Positions 19,237-31,948 are shown, numbered from the stretch's first letter. The stretch is 64,000 nt of DNA from an uncultured Verrucomicrobiae bacterium (GCA_963702845.1 OY969763.1:4576001-4640000), one strand, 5' to 3'. The notes: generated by a model not told the origin, from the sequence alone. Numbers and translations are program-made.

Positions 19237-20277
19237 ATGACGGTTTCAATCGTGAATAGATTGCTTTGTTTTTTATGTTGCGCGTTGTGCTTCAGCGCAC
19301 GCGCGCAGTTGACCGCGCCCGGAAAAGAGGCGCGCGTGGTGATGGTGGAGGATGCGCGCGCGACGACGGCGTTCGAACCGGATCAGAATCTCGTCCGAAC
19401 AATGGTCGAGCGCGGCATTCTGCGCTTCACCGGGAAAACCAGCAGCGCGATGGCGTGGCGAAGTTTGGTTTCAACCCAGGACGTCATCGGCATCAAGGTC
19501 TTTTCGACACCAGGGCCCAACAGTGGAACGAGACCCTCAGTCGTGGGCGCGGTGGTCGAAGAACTTTTAGCAGCGGGCATGAAGCCCACGAATATCGTTA
19601 TTTGGGATAAGCACCTTTTGGACCTGCGCCTCGCCGGGTTTGATACGTTGGCCCACAAATACCATGTCCGGCTCGCCGGCGCCGCTGAGGCCGGTTACGA
19701 TCCGAATGTTTTCGTCGAAAAGTCCATCATCGGCAATCTGGTGTGGGGCGACCTAGAGTTCGGCCATGAAGGGCCAACCGTCGGAAGGAAATCCTTCGTG
19801 ACGAAATTGCTCACGCATGACGTGACGAAGATCATCAACATTCCCCCTTTATTAAATCACAACATGGCAGGCGTCAGTGGCGCGCTTTACAGCCTCGCGA
19901 TGGGCAGCACGGATAATTCCATCCGGTTTGAGTCGCGCGCCGATCGACTGTTCACCGCTGTGCCGGATATTTACAATCTGACAAACCTGTTCGATCACGT
20001 GGCCATCAACATTACCGACGCGTTAATTGGACAATACAAAGGCGAGCAGGAGACCAAGCTGCACTACGCCGTCGAACTGAATCAGATTTGGTTCAGCAAA
20101 GATGCGGTTGCCTTGGATGTCCTCGCGCTGACGGAGTTGGAACGAGAACGCCAGGCCAACGGCGCGACCTCACCGCCCTCTGCGATGGAGCTTTATCAAA
20201 ATGCGACATGGGTGGAGTTGGGCATCAGCGATCCGAAACGGATTAAGGTCGAGATGTTTAAGGCGAACAAAAACTAG
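19237..20277 (+). CDS. DUF362-domain secreted protein
   Basis: Signal peptide; 'DVIGIKV', 'IVIWD', 'KIINIPPLLNHNMAGVSGAL', 'SKDAVALD'. Confidence 0.7.
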   Translation: MTVSIVNRLLCFLCCALCFSARAQLTAPGKEARVVMVEDARATTAFEPDQNLVRTMVERGILRFTGKTSSAMAWRSLVSTQDVIGIKVFSTPGPNSGTRPSVVGAVVEELLAAGMKPTNIVIWDKHLLDLRLAGFDTLAHKYHVRLAGAAEAGYDPNVFVEKSIIGNLVWGDLEFGHEGPTVGRKSFVTKLLTHDVTKIINIPPLLNHNMAGVSGALYSLAMGSTDNSIRFESRADRLFTAVPDIYNLTNLFDHVAINITDALIGQYKGEQETKLHYAVELNQIWFSKDAVALDVLALTELERERQANGATSPPSAMELYQNATWVELGISDPKRIKVEMFKANKN

Positions 20278-20285
20278 TTAAGCGC

Positions 20286-20687
20286 ATGCACACAAATTGG
20301 ATCATTCTTGGATTGTTGATCGCGGGCGCGGGCGCAGCTGTCCGGCAACGAAAAAGGTTTGCATGGCTTCGAGAACTAACGGGGTGGCAAAAGGCGTTTG
20401 GCGTTCTGGCGCTCGTCACATCGGTCATCATCATGGCGAATCCGGAATTTATTTGTTTAGGATTGCTCGGCGACACGGCCTTTTTCGATTTGTTGGTTCT
20501 GGCGCTGAGCTTGCAGATGCACGGTATTGCGTCGGGGCTTTGGCGGAGGGCGGTGAGCATTTTTGGGCGCAGCTTGCGCCGCCTGGCCATTCCAAGTCCG
20601 GGTCTGCTTTATTTGATGTGCATTTGGACGTTCGTCATTGTGACCGCTTCAAATGCAATTCAGAAACTGCTCACCCGCATCTCGTAA
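20286..20687 (+). CDS. Hypothetical membrane protein
   Basis: 133 aa with several hydrophobic segments; starts 8 nt after the DUF362 gene. Confidence 0.65.
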   Translation: MHTNWIILGLLIAGAGAAVRQRKRFAWLRELTGWQKAFGVLALVTSVIIMANPEFICLGLLGDTAFFDLLVLALSLQMHGIASGLWRRAVSIFGRSLRRLAIPSPGLLYLMCIWTFVIVTASNAIQKLLTRIS

Positions 20688-20753
20688 ATTGTGAAAATGT
20701 TTCAGGGCTATCGTGCCATCAGCCCAACGACTCCCGGTCGCGCACTACAAGTT

Positions 20754-20781
20754 TTGACAGATAGCTACTTCACTGTAAAAT
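20754..20781 (+). promoter_or_regulatory. Orphan sigma-70 promoter cassette, copy 1
   Basis: TTGACA-gata-GCTACTTCACT-g-TAAAAT; near-identical copy at 56820-56847. Confidence 0.7.
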
Positions 20782-20787
20782 AATCAC

Positions 20788-20940
20788 CGCCCAGCCATCT
20801 GGCTCGGGTCCTTGTTCTTTGACAATCAGCAGTTTAAACCGGTGCCGGTTGGCAAACGTTGTAGCCGTTTAATCTGCTACGAGTTGCAACTTGTAGCTGA
20901 TTGTAGTTACTAGTAGCAACATTCCCGAAGGTTTTTTGCT
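20788..20940 (+). ncRNA. Candidate small RNA or non-coding element: hairpin, boxA-like motif and GTAGC repeat array
   Basis: CCCAGCCA-tc-TGGCTCGGG hairpin, TGTTCTTTGACAA (20813-20825), palindrome GCTACGAGTTG/CAACTTGTAGC (20876-20897), no ORF. Confidence 0.35.
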
Positions 20941-20968
20941 CCATCAGGCGATCACGCCCAATTTAACC

Positions 20969-23202
<2,234 letters not shown>

Positions 23203-23784
23203 TTGCGAATCATCGGCGGCAATGCGGCTGGAACGATTTTGAAGGTCCCAAAAGGCTTCGACGTCCGGCCCACGCCCGATCTGGTTCGACAAGCGATCTT
23301 CAACAGCCTCGGCGACCGCGTCGTCGGGGCTGTTGTGCTTGAAGTCTTCGCCGGGACCGGAGCGCTCAGTCTGGAGTGTCTAAGCCGCGGCGCAAAACAC
23401 GCCACGTGCGTCGAGAAATCTTCGCGGCACGCCCAGTTCATCGAACAGAACATCGACCTCACGCGCCTGGAACGGCACGCCGTCGATATCCGCGTGCAAG
23501 ATGCATTCGTGGCGATGTCACAATTGGTGTCGAGCGGTCAGAAGTTCGATCTGATCCTCGCTGACCCACCGTACGGCGAAAAGAATGTCGGGAAACGCTC
23601 AGAATCCTTTGCCCAAAAAATGTTGGATGTGCCGGATTTGCCCTCGCTACTCAACGAAGGCGGGTTATTCGTCCTGGGTCACACTAAACGTGACACATTG
23701 AGCCTGCCGGATTATTGGGTTGAACGGAAAATGCTGAAGCACGGGGACACTGTGATGCGGTTTTTGAAGCGACACACGGCTTGA
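23203..23784 (+). CDS. rsmD: 16S rRNA (guanine966-N2) methyltransferase
   Basis: MRIIGG, RPTPD, FAGTGALSLECLSRGA, DPPY. Confidence 0.9.
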   Translation: MRIIGGNAAGTILKVPKGFDVRPTPDLVRQAIFNSLGDRVVGAVVLEVFAGTGALSLECLSRGAKHATCVEKSSRHAQFIEQNIDLTRLERHAVDIRVQDAFVAMSQLVSSGQKFDLILADPPYGEKNVGKRSESFAQKMLDVPDLPSLLNEGGLFVLGHTKRDTLSLPDYWVERKMLKHGDTVMRFLKRHTA

Positions 23785-23824
23785 TGCCTTCGGCTGGCTG
23801 TGTTCAGCTTGTGGCAACGTTCCT

Positions 23825-24736
23825 ATGAGAATGATTGCCTTTACCACGGTTCTTGTGATGTTTTGCAACATGACAACGTTTGGAGCAGCCGATCCGAATC
23901 TTCAACGTGTTCTCGATAAGGCCGTCCAGAATACGTTCCATAAATTCAAAGATCTACACACGAACGAACTCGCGGCGACGTTGATTGACTTGCGCGATTC
24001 GGAGAAGCCGACGACTGCGAGTTTTCGTGGGGATGTGCAGATTTATCCGGCGAGTGTGATCAAATTGTTCTATCTGGCGGCAATTCATCGCTGGATGGAG
24101 GACGGCAAAGCGCAGGACACGCCGGAGCTCCGGCGAGCGATGAAGGATATGATTGTGGATTCCTTGAATGAGGCGACGGGATTGGTTGTTGATACGCTAA
24201 CGGAAACGACCAGTGGGCCGGAGATGACGGAGAGCGCGCTGAAGGAATGGTGGGACAAGCGCAACGCGGTGAATCGATTTTTTACGACGCTCGGTTACAC
24301 CAACATCAACGCCAGCAAGAAGCCTTGGTGCGAAGGGCCATATGGACGGGAGATTCAGGCGACGAAGGCGTTTGAGCCGAGACGGAACGCTTTAACGACC
24401 GACGCGACGGCTCGGCTGATGTCAGAGATTGTCACGCACAATATCGTAACGCCTGCGCGATGCGATCAGATGCTGGAGTTGTTGCACCGCGATCCTGTTT
24501 CGAAGGACACCAGCAGCGATAGTCAGGCACGCGGATTTACGGGGCTCGCTTTGCCATCCGGTTCGAAGTTGTGGTCGAAAGCGGGTTGGACAAGCGAAAC
24601 GAGACACGACTGCGCTTATGTCGAGTTGCCGAACGGAGGGAAGTTTGTGCTGGTCGTGTTCACAGTTGGTCACGCGAGCGAGAAGCAAATTATTCCAACC
24701 GTCGCGCGTGAAGTAATTGCCGAGTTCAAGAAATAA
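23825..24736 (+). CDS. Class A beta-lactamase-related serine hydrolase
   Basis: PASVIK (SxxK), SLN, KAGW, HDCAYV; signal peptide. Confidence 0.8.
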   Translation: MRMIAFTTVLVMFCNMTTFGAADPNLQRVLDKAVQNTFHKFKDLHTNELAATLIDLRDSEKPTTASFRGDVQIYPASVIKLFYLAAIHRWMEDGKAQDTPELRRAMKDMIVDSLNEATGLVVDTLTETTSGPEMTESALKEWWDKRNAVNRFFTTLGYTNINASKKPWCEGPYGREIQATKAFEPRRNALTTDATARLMSEIVTHNIVTPARCDQMLELLHRDPVSKDTSSDSQARGFTGLALPSGSKLWSKAGWTSETRHDCAYVELPNGGKFVLVVFTVGHASEKQIIPTVAREVIAEFKK

Positions 24737-24761
24737 ACGGCAAGGGCGATTTTGCGAACGG

Positions 24762-25859
24762 CTAAGAATGCGCTGCTTGCGACGTCAAACGCCGGCGGGC
24801 TATCCACGTGTTTAACTGATCGAGCACGACTGCCAGCACCACGACCGCGCCGATAATGATCTGGCTGTAATTCTGGTCGATGTTGAGAATGACAATCCCG
24901 CTGTTGATCATTTGAATCAGTAACGCACCGAGCAGTGCGCCCAAGGCCGAGCCGCGCCCACCCGCTAGACTGGCGCCACCAACTACTGCAGCGGCAATGA
25001 CATTCAGTTCGTATCCTTGTCCATCACCGGACGTTGCAGCGCCATAATAACCGAGTGCGAGCAAGGCCGAAATGCCAGCGACCAGCCCGGAAAAGAAATA
25101 GACGCTCAGTTTAACGCGCTCTACCTGGATACCGCTGTAACGGCTGGCCAATTCGTTGCCTCCGATGGCGTAGATTCTCCGACCTGCCGCCATCCGGCTT
25201 AGGTAAGTTGCACCCAGGAGTGTCACGATCACCATCACGAGCATTGGTGTCACGCTCAGCCCATTGACGTTCCACAACACGAAGTCGCGAAATCCGGCAG
25301 GAAAGCCGCCGATGGATTGTCCCTGGGTGATCACGAAAGCAATTCCGCGAAAAATGGCCATGGTCCCAAGGGTGATGATGAACGGATGCACTTTTAGGAG
25401 AACGATCATAGAGCCGTTCAGCAGCCCACAGAATGTTGCGACACAAATGCACGTCGCAACTCCGAGGAGAACCTGCGCAACCGTGGACGTGGCGTTCACT
25501 TCAGGTCCGAACCGGTGGAACACCATCGCGCCGAGGACAGACGCCAAGGCGTAAATCGCACCGACGGACAAATCGATGCCGCCGGAGATAATCACGAACG
25601 TTGCGCCGACCGACATGATTGCGATGAAGCTCGTATCTTTGGCGAGTTGCGCGAGATTTCGTACGTTCAGGAATTTGTTCTGTTTTTCGACGATGGGCGT
25701 GCGCTCGCCCGATTCACTGGTTTTAAAACCAACAACGCGCGGAACGGTCCCGCCGAAAACGGTCAGCAGAATCGCAAGCAGGAGGATGACCACCACCAAA
25801 CCGCTTTCCTGCGCACGAAGCGCGGCGCGGACTGGGTTCCAGCTTGCAGTCTTGTTCAT
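24762..25859 (-). CDS. Monosaccharide ABC transporter permease (RbsC-like)
   Basis: GGIDLSVGA, PFIITLGT, YAIGGNE, YELNVIAAAVVGGASLAGG. Confidence 0.9.
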   Translation of the reverse strand: MNKTASWNPVRAALRAQESGLVVVILLLAILLTVFGGTVPRVVGFKTSESGERTPIVEKQNKFLNVRNLAQLAKDTSFIAIMSVGATFVIISGGIDLSVGAIYALASVLGAMVFHRFGPEVNATSTVAQVLLGVATCICVATFCGLLNGSMIVLLKVHPFIITLGTMAIFRGIAFVITQGQSIGGFPAGFRDFVLWNVNGLSVTPMLVMVIVTLLGATYLSRMAAGRRIYAIGGNELASRYSGIQVERVKLSVYFFSGLVAGISALLALGYYGAATSGDGQGYELNVIAAAVVGGASLAGGRGSALGALLGALLIQMINSGIVILNIDQNYSQIIIGAVVVLAVVLDQLNTWIARRRLTSQAAHS

Positions 25860-26239
25860 GAGGCGAACAATTGCCGAAGCGTGTTTGCGAGGTCTTGCCG
25901 CGTCGAACGACGTTCCGCAATGGCAATCATCACATCGTAAATCAGCATTGAATCACCTGAAATCGACACGCCATTTCCGGTCAGGAATTCGAGAGCAGAG
26001 GCAACACCTGTCCGTTTGTTGCCGTCAAGGTAAGCTTGCGCTTGTGCTATGTGAAATGCGTAAGCGGCAGCGATTTCAAATAGATCACCCTCACCATAGA
26101 GATAAACATTTTGGGGATGGTAAATTGCTGATTCGAGAGCGTTTCGGTCGCGAATTCCCAAAGTCCCACCAAATTCAGCAATCGATTTCTGATGAATTTT
26201 GTCGACCTGATAGGAACTTAAAAAAAACGGGACGCTCAC
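25856..26239 (-). CDS. Doc/Fic-family toxin with variant motif QAYLDGNKRT
   Basis: 'IHQKSIAEFGG..GIRD...LESAI', 'AAAYAFHI', 'DGNKRTG'. Confidence 0.85.
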   Translation of the reverse strand: MSVPFFLSSYQVDKIHQKSIAEFGGTLGIRDRNALESAIYHPQNVYLYGEGDLFEIAAAYAFHIAQAQAYLDGNKRTGVASALEFLTGNGVSISGDSMLIYDVMIAIAERRSTRQDLANTLRQLFAS

Positions 26240-26442
26240 TTGGCCAGTTTTTTCAGAAGCGGAGCGTGTTTGGAAAAGACCTCTTGCTGAGCGCGTTCAA
26301 AATCGCTGTCGCTCATGTACCGGATTTCCTTGCCCGGCCCCTCGGGTGCGCTGGGTTTTAGCTTGGCAACATACTGGACGATCACGGCTCTTTCGTTTTC
26401 AGGCAACGCTTCGATTTGGGCGATGATTTCCCGTGCGCTCAT
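26236..26442 (-). CDS. Putative type II antitoxin
   Basis: 68 aa, 4-nt overlap with the toxin; C-terminal 'VFSKHAPLLKKLAK' helix resembles Doc-partner antitoxins. Confidence 0.7.
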   Translation of the reverse strand: MSAREIIAQIEALPENERAVIVQYVAKLKPSAPEGPGKEIRYMSDSDFERAQQEVFSKHAPLLKKLAK

Positions 26443-26549
26443 TAATGGAATTTACACTTGATTGAACCCCTAAGGCAAGGCGCCAACCTGCGTATCACGG
26501 TCACTTGTGAAGCCGGAACCCTCCTGTAGATTACACTTAAGAGGTAGAT

Positions 26550-28106
26550 GTGGAGAAAATTACTTATGCAGCGCTCGGTTCGTTGGGCGAGGAGTTTCAT
26601 CGGCAGTTTGATGCCGCGCTTGATCGGATCGCGAATGATTTTGGCCGAACACATGTGTTGCGTATTGCAGGCAAAGCGCTCAAAGGACGGCCCACATTCA
26701 TCGATGTTTCGCCGTCGAACAATCGGGTCGTCCTTGGAACGTTTCAAAATGCAACCCGGGCGGATACTGCCAACATCATCGCCGCGGCGACGAAAGCGTT
26801 CCCGTCCTGGCGCGACTTAGGTTGGCGTAAACGGGTGGAGCTGTTGCGCAAAGCCGCCGATCTCATGACGCAACGGCAGTTTGATTATGCTGCGTGGTTG
26901 GTTTTGGAGGTTGGCAAAAATCGGTTCGAGGCGATTGCTGAGGTGTCGGAGGCGATTGATCTGATCCTCTATTACTGTGCGCAGATCGAAGAGCATGGAG
27001 GTTACGAAATACAAATGTCGGGGTCGGGCAAGGAGCGGACGAAGAGTGTTTTAAAGCCATACGGAGCCTGGGCCGTGATTGCGCCGTTCAACTTCCCCCT
27101 CGCGCTTGGCACTGGCATGGCAGCAGGCGCGTTGATCGCGGGCAACACTGTCGTTTTCAAACCTGCGTCTGCGACCCCAATGTCTGGAGTATTGCTGGCG
27201 GAATGCATGCGTGACGCGGGATTGCCCGAAGGCGTGTTCAATCTGGTAACAGGCGCGGGCAATGTCGTCGGTGAGGAAATTGTCGCCAACGTGAATATCG
27301 AAGGATTGATTTTCACTGGCTCGCGCGCGGTTGGGTTGCAGATTCTCCGTCGGTTTGGGAACGGCGTGCCAAAACCGTGCATCGTGGAAATGGGCGGCAA
27401 AAATCCGGCAATCATTATGCCGTCGGCTGACTTGGACGATGCGGTTGAAGGCGTGGTGCGCTCTGCTTTTGGAATGGGCGGACAAAAGTGTTCGGCCTGT
27501 TCGCGACTTTATTTGCATAAATCGATTTACCGGCAATTCATGGGTTTGCTGGTGGAGAAAGCGCAGGCACTCAAGATTGCGAATCCGTCTAACCGCGACA
27601 CCTTTCTCGGCCCGCTCATCAATCATGATGCTTTCAAAAAATACGATCGGGCGGTGAGGACCGGAAAAAAGGAAGGGCGTCTCGTTTATGGGGGGGCACG
27701 CATGAAGGGCCGGGCTTATGCTCATGCCTGTTATGTGCAACCGACAATTTTTGATCGACTGCCTCGGCAATCGGTCATGTTTCGCGAGGAGTTTTTTGCG
27801 CCGATCCTGGCGGTGCGCGAAATAGCGTCGTTGGACGAGGCGATCCAACTTTCGAACGATACGGTCTACGGATTGACGGCGGGCATTTTCACTCGAGACG
27901 AGGCTGAACGAGACAAGTTTTTTGCTGGAATCGAAGCGGGCGTTCTCTATTGCAATCGCCGCGGTGGCGCGACCACCGGCGCATGGCCGGGCGTGCAGTC
28001 TTTCGGTGGGTGGAAGAGTTCGGGGTCATCCGGCAAAAGCGCATTGGGACCTTACTACGTTTCGCAGTTTTTGCGCGAGCAAAGCCAAACTGGGATTGAG
28101 AAGTAA
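26550..28106 (+). CDS. Aldehyde dehydrogenase, 1-pyrroline-5-carboxylate dehydrogenase-like
   Basis: APFNFP, FTGS, EMGGKNP, GQKCSACSR, EEFFAP, YGLTAG, QSFGGWK. Confidence 0.88.
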   Translation: MEKITYAALGSLGEEFHRQFDAALDRIANDFGRTHVLRIAGKALKGRPTFIDVSPSNNRVVLGTFQNATRADTANIIAAATKAFPSWRDLGWRKRVELLRKAADLMTQRQFDYAAWLVLEVGKNRFEAIAEVSEAIDLILYYCAQIEEHGGYEIQMSGSGKERTKSVLKPYGAWAVIAPFNFPLALGTGMAAGALIAGNTVVFKPASATPMSGVLLAECMRDAGLPEGVFNLVTGAGNVVGEEIVANVNIEGLIFTGSRAVGLQILRRFGNGVPKPCIVEMGGKNPAIIMPSADLDDAVEGVVRSAFGMGGQKCSACSRLYLHKSIYRQFMGLLVEKAQALKIANPSNRDTFLGPLINHDAFKKYDRAVRTGKKEGRLVYGGARMKGRAYAHACYVQPTIFDRLPRQSVMFREEFFAPILAVREIASLDEAIQLSNDTVYGLTAGIFTRDEAERDKFFAGIEAGVLYCNRRGGATTGAWPGVQSFGGWKSSGSSGKSALGPYYVSQFLREQSQTGIEK

Positions 28107-28192
28107 TGATGAATTGTTTGCGGTGACGACAAAGTGACTTGCGGACTGTCAACTTCAATTTAAATTGGCTCGAACAATAACCAAATCATCTA

Positions 28193-29500
28193 ATGCCGCA
28201 AAAGACACGCATGTCGGTCAATTCGAGCAATGTCCTTTCCGTCATTATGGGCGGAGGACAAGGCACGAGACTTTTTCCGCTCACTCGCGACCGCAGTAAA
28301 CCGGCAGTGCCACTCGGCGGTAAATATCGCTTGGTTGATATTCCCATTTCCAACTGCATCAACTCGGGGCTGAAGCGCGTTTATTTGCTGACGCAATTTA
28401 ATTCAGCCTCGCTGCACCGGCACATTTCGCAGTCGTATAAGTTCGACCAGTTTTCCGGCGGGTTCGTCGAAATCCTGGCGGCAGAGCAAACCTTCTCGGA
28501 CACGTCCTGGTATCAAGGGACAGCCGACGCGGTTCGTAAGAACCTGGTTCACTTTCTGAACCACGATTTCGATTACCTGCTAATTCTAAGCGGCGACCAA
28601 CTTTATCGCATGGATTTCCGGCGCATTATCGCCGAACACACTGAAAGCGGCGCGGACCTGACAATTGCCACGATCCCAGTGGCACGGGAAGAGGCGCAGG
28701 CACTTGGGATAATGCAGATCGATACGAATTTCAAAATCACGCGCTTTGTCGAAAAGCCGAAGGAACCGGCTGCGCTCGATTCGTTGAAAATGGACCGCAG
28801 CTTATACGAAGCCTGCGGCATCACCGAGGATAGTGAATTTTTCCTCGCCTCGATGGGTATTTACCTTTTCAACCGTGAGGTGCTCTTAAGGTTGTTGGAC
28901 AATTCGCACACCGATTTCGGAAAACACATCATCCCGGGAGCCATCAACACGCACCAGGTTTACGCAAGCGTTTTCCGCGGTTACTGGGAAGATATCGGGA
29001 CAATCCGTTCGTTTTTCGAAGCGAACCTCGACCTCGTGACGGAATTACCGCGCTTTAACTTCTTCGACATGAGCGCGCCAATTTTCACGCGTCCACGTTT
29101 TCTGCCGGCATCGAAAATCAATGGTGCGGAAATCAATCATGCCACGGTTTCTGACGGTTGCATTTTGAATCGGTGCAAGATCAACCACACGATCGTCGGA
29201 GTGCGCAGCATCATCCAGGAAGGTTGCGACCTCAATCGCGCCATCCTGCTCGGCTGCGATTACTACGAATCCGAAGCGTCGATCAAACAATACGAATCGC
29301 GCGGTTTGCCGCGAATTGGTATTGGTCGCAACACGCACATCGAGAATGCGATTGTCGACAAGAACGCGCGCATCGGCGACAACTGCTTCATATCGCCAGT
29401 CGGCAAGCCGGAGCACGCCGATCACCCGTTGTATTATGTTCGTGACGGTATCGTCATCATTCCGAAAAACGGAATCATTCCGCACGGCACGACGATCTGA
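28193..29500 (+). CDS. glgC: Glucose-1-phosphate adenylyltransferase
   Basis: [50 protein letters not shown]. Confidence 0.97.
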   Translation: MPQKTRMSVNSSNVLSVIMGGGQGTRLFPLTRDRSKPAVPLGGKYRLVDIPISNCINSGLKRVYLLTQFNSASLHRHISQSYKFDQFSGGFVEILAAEQTFSDTSWYQGTADAVRKNLVHFLNHDFDYLLILSGDQLYRMDFRRIIAEHTESGADLTIATIPVAREEAQALGIMQIDTNFKITRFVEKPKEPAALDSLKMDRSLYEACGITEDSEFFLASMGIYLFNREVLLRLLDNSHTDFGKHIIPGAINTHQVYASVFRGYWEDIGTIRSFFEANLDLVTELPRFNFFDMSAPIFTRPRFLPASKINGAEINHATVSDGCILNRCKINHTIVGVRSIIQEGCDLNRAILLGCDYYESEASIKQYESRGLPRIGIGRNTHIENAIVDKNARIGDNCFISPVGKPEHADHPLYYVRDGIVIIPKNGIIPHGTTI

Positions 29501-29586
29501 CGTGTAGCCCGAAGCATTCCGCATCTTCAAAACGGCGGCTACAATTGTGAATTTGACAGCGGCGTGCGACGTCAGTTGAGAACCAC

Positions 29587-30867
29587 ATGAACTCAGCGCT
29601 TAAGGTTTTCTATCTCTGTTGCGCCCTGACTTCCGCGGCGCACGGAGCTTCAAAGCTCGATTATTCGGACGTCAGCAAGCCGGAATTCTTTCCGATCATG
29701 ACGTGGGATCCGCAGCATGGATGGACGAAGCCGTTCACGAACAACCCGGCCAATGGCTTGGACGCAATCGCCGAATGCAATTTCAACGTCGCCGGTTTTG
29801 TTTTTCCAAAGGACCTCCCAAAATGCAAAAAGCTGGGACTCGGCGGCATCCTGCTGCCGTCTGATAATGATTTCACCAATTTCGAGTATTTCCGGAACTG
29901 GTCGAAAATGTCGGACGCGGAGATCGATGGGCGCATCAAAAAACTGGTGCATCAGGCTGGATCAAACCCAGCGTTCAAAGGAATCTTCATCGTCGATGAA
30001 CCTCACGTGCGCGAGTTTGGTGGTTTAGCCAAGGCGGTCGCCGCAGTGAAGAAATACGCGCCCGGCAAGCTCGCTTATATCAATCTGTTTCCCGATTACG
30101 CGACGTTAGGCGCACCGGATCGTTCGCAACTCGGGACTGAGAGCTACTCGGAATATCTCGAACGCTTCGTCAATGAAGTTCATCCGCAGGTCATCAGCTA
30201 TGATAATTATATGGTGGAGTTTTCGAATGACCTGAAAGACTCCGCGGCAGCGGCCAGCTATTATCGCAATCTCCTCGAGGTGCGACGCGTTGGGCAGAAG
30301 TATCACCTGCCGTTCATGAATATCGTTACATCGAACCAGATCCGGCCAAATACGACGATTCCCTCGCCACAGAATCTTTTGTTTCAGGCTTACACCACGC
30401 TTGCGGCCGGTTATCGCGGCGTGACGTGGTACACTTTCTACGCACGCGGTTATCACTATGCGCCGATCGGGAACGACGGAAACCGAACCCTCACTTACGA
30501 ATACCTGAAAGAAGTGAATCGGCAGGTTGCAACGCTTGCGCCGATTTTGTGCCGCTTGGATTCGACCGGAGTTTTCTTCACCAAACCCGCACCTGTTGAT
30601 ACGTTGCCATCGCTGCCGGGCAAAGTAATCGATTCGATTTCCTCACCGACGCCAGTGATGATTGGCGAGTTTAAGGGAGCAAGTGGCGAATCGTATGCAA
30701 TGGTTGTAAATCTCAGTATCGGAAATACAGCGCAATTGAAGATCAAAGCAATTGACGGAAAGAGTTTCTCCCTGATTTCCGCATCCGATCAATCGACGTC
30801 CAATTACGACAAGGAAAACGGGCTGTTCCTCAACGCCGGTCAAGGAATGTTGCTTAAAATCGATTAG
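29587..30867 (+). CDS. Secreted hypothetical protein, glycoside-hydrolase-like TIM barrel
   Basis: Signal peptide; 'FIVDEP', 'AYINLFP', 'ISYDNY', 'GVTWYTF'. Confidence 0.6.
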   Translation: MNSALKVFYLCCALTSAAHGASKLDYSDVSKPEFFPIMTWDPQHGWTKPFTNNPANGLDAIAECNFNVAGFVFPKDLPKCKKLGLGGILLPSDNDFTNFEYFRNWSKMSDAEIDGRIKKLVHQAGSNPAFKGIFIVDEPHVREFGGLAKAVAAVKKYAPGKLAYINLFPDYATLGAPDRSQLGTESYSEYLERFVNEVHPQVISYDNYMVEFSNDLKDSAAAASYYRNLLEVRRVGQKYHLPFMNIVTSNQIRPNTTIPSPQNLLFQAYTTLAAGYRGVTWYTFYARGYHYAPIGNDGNRTLTYEYLKEVNRQVATLAPILCRLDSTGVFFTKPAPVDTLPSLPGKVIDSISSPTPVMIGEFKGASGESYAMVVNLSIGNTAQLKIKAIDGKSFSLISASDQSTSNYDKENGLFLNAGQGMLLKID

Positions 30868-30870
30868 ACG

Positions 30871-31948
30871 TTACTGCAACGCGCCGCTGCCTTCGATTGG
30901 CCAGCGGTCGATCACCTTGCCGCCACGATGTGCAATGAACTCGCGATATAAGTTGCTGGTTGTGCAACCGTGGGAAGGAATGATTTCGATGCGATCGCCT
31001 ACACGAACCTTTTCACCCGCGTTTTCCGGCAATTGAATCGTGCCGTGCTCTTCGGAATTGAGGCTAAGAATTTTTGAGTCCGGAATGGTTTTTACGCGCG
31101 GCGGGCCCCACTCCGCACCGCAGCCTTTGCGACCCACATCGATGATCGCGATATTCGGTCGCGGACGGCTGATGACGGTTGTTAAAATTGACATGGCCTG
31201 GCGAAACTCCGGACAAATGTCTGTATACCACCAGTCCATCAACGCGTAAGAACCGGCCTGGACTTCATCGATTCCGTCCACATCACCGTGGATGTCGTAA
31301 GAGCCAGTGCCGCCACCGCTGACGATATTCACCTGAACTCCGGATTTTTCGAGCAACCGACGCGTATCAACGAGCAACTTCACCGCGGCGCGGATTTTTT
31401 CAGTGCGCTCCTTTTCGTCACGTAGATCAACGGCGTGACCTTCGTAACCTTGCAGGCCCATGAATTTGATACCGGGCAAAGTTAAAGCACTTTGAGTAAG
31501 GTCCAGCGCCGATTGTCCCGGCGCAACACCGCATCGACCCATTCCAACATCGACTTCGATCAACACGTTGATTCTGCTGCCGGCCTTCGACGCAAGGTCC
31601 GAAATCATTTGTAAGTTGTCGATCGAATCCCCAGCAACAATAGGGTTTGCGCGTTTCGAAAGATCGATCAGCCGATCGATTTTGAGAGGGCCGACAACTT
31701 GATTGGCAATGAGGATGTCTGCGATGCCGGCTTTGGCCAGAACTTCAGCTTCGCCGAGTTTCGCGCAAGTGATACCCACAGCGCCTGCCTCGATCTGCTT
31801 CTTCGCAATCGTAGGTACACTTGTGGCTTTTGAAGTGTGGGCGCAACTTGGCATGGCGCTTCGCGAAATAACCGGACATGAGGCTGATGTTGGCGTCCAA
31901 GGCGTCCACATCGACGAGCAGTGATGGAGTGTCGAGATTGGTTAACAC
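30871..31948 (-). CDS. DSD1-family fold-type III PLP enzyme (D-threonine aldolase/D-serine dehydratase-like); frameshift near 31815
   Basis: LDTPSLLVD and LRPHFKSHKC in one frame; GITCAKLGEAE, DVGMGRCGV, SGGGTG, SEEHG and PSHGCTT in another. Confidence 0.88.

Noticed and set aside
20850..20925. CRISPR array after the boxA-like motif
   Set aside because: The repeats are short 10-mers without unique spacers, and no cas genes are in the window
23825..24736. Bona fide class A beta-lactamase resistance gene
   Set aside because: Has SxxK/SxN/KxG, but I see no convincing omega-loop ExxLN motif; better called a related serine hydrolase
29503..29543. GTAG-type REP after glgC (TGTAGCC...GGCTACA)
   Set aside because: Only 7-bp arms with an unpaired interior; too degenerate to call
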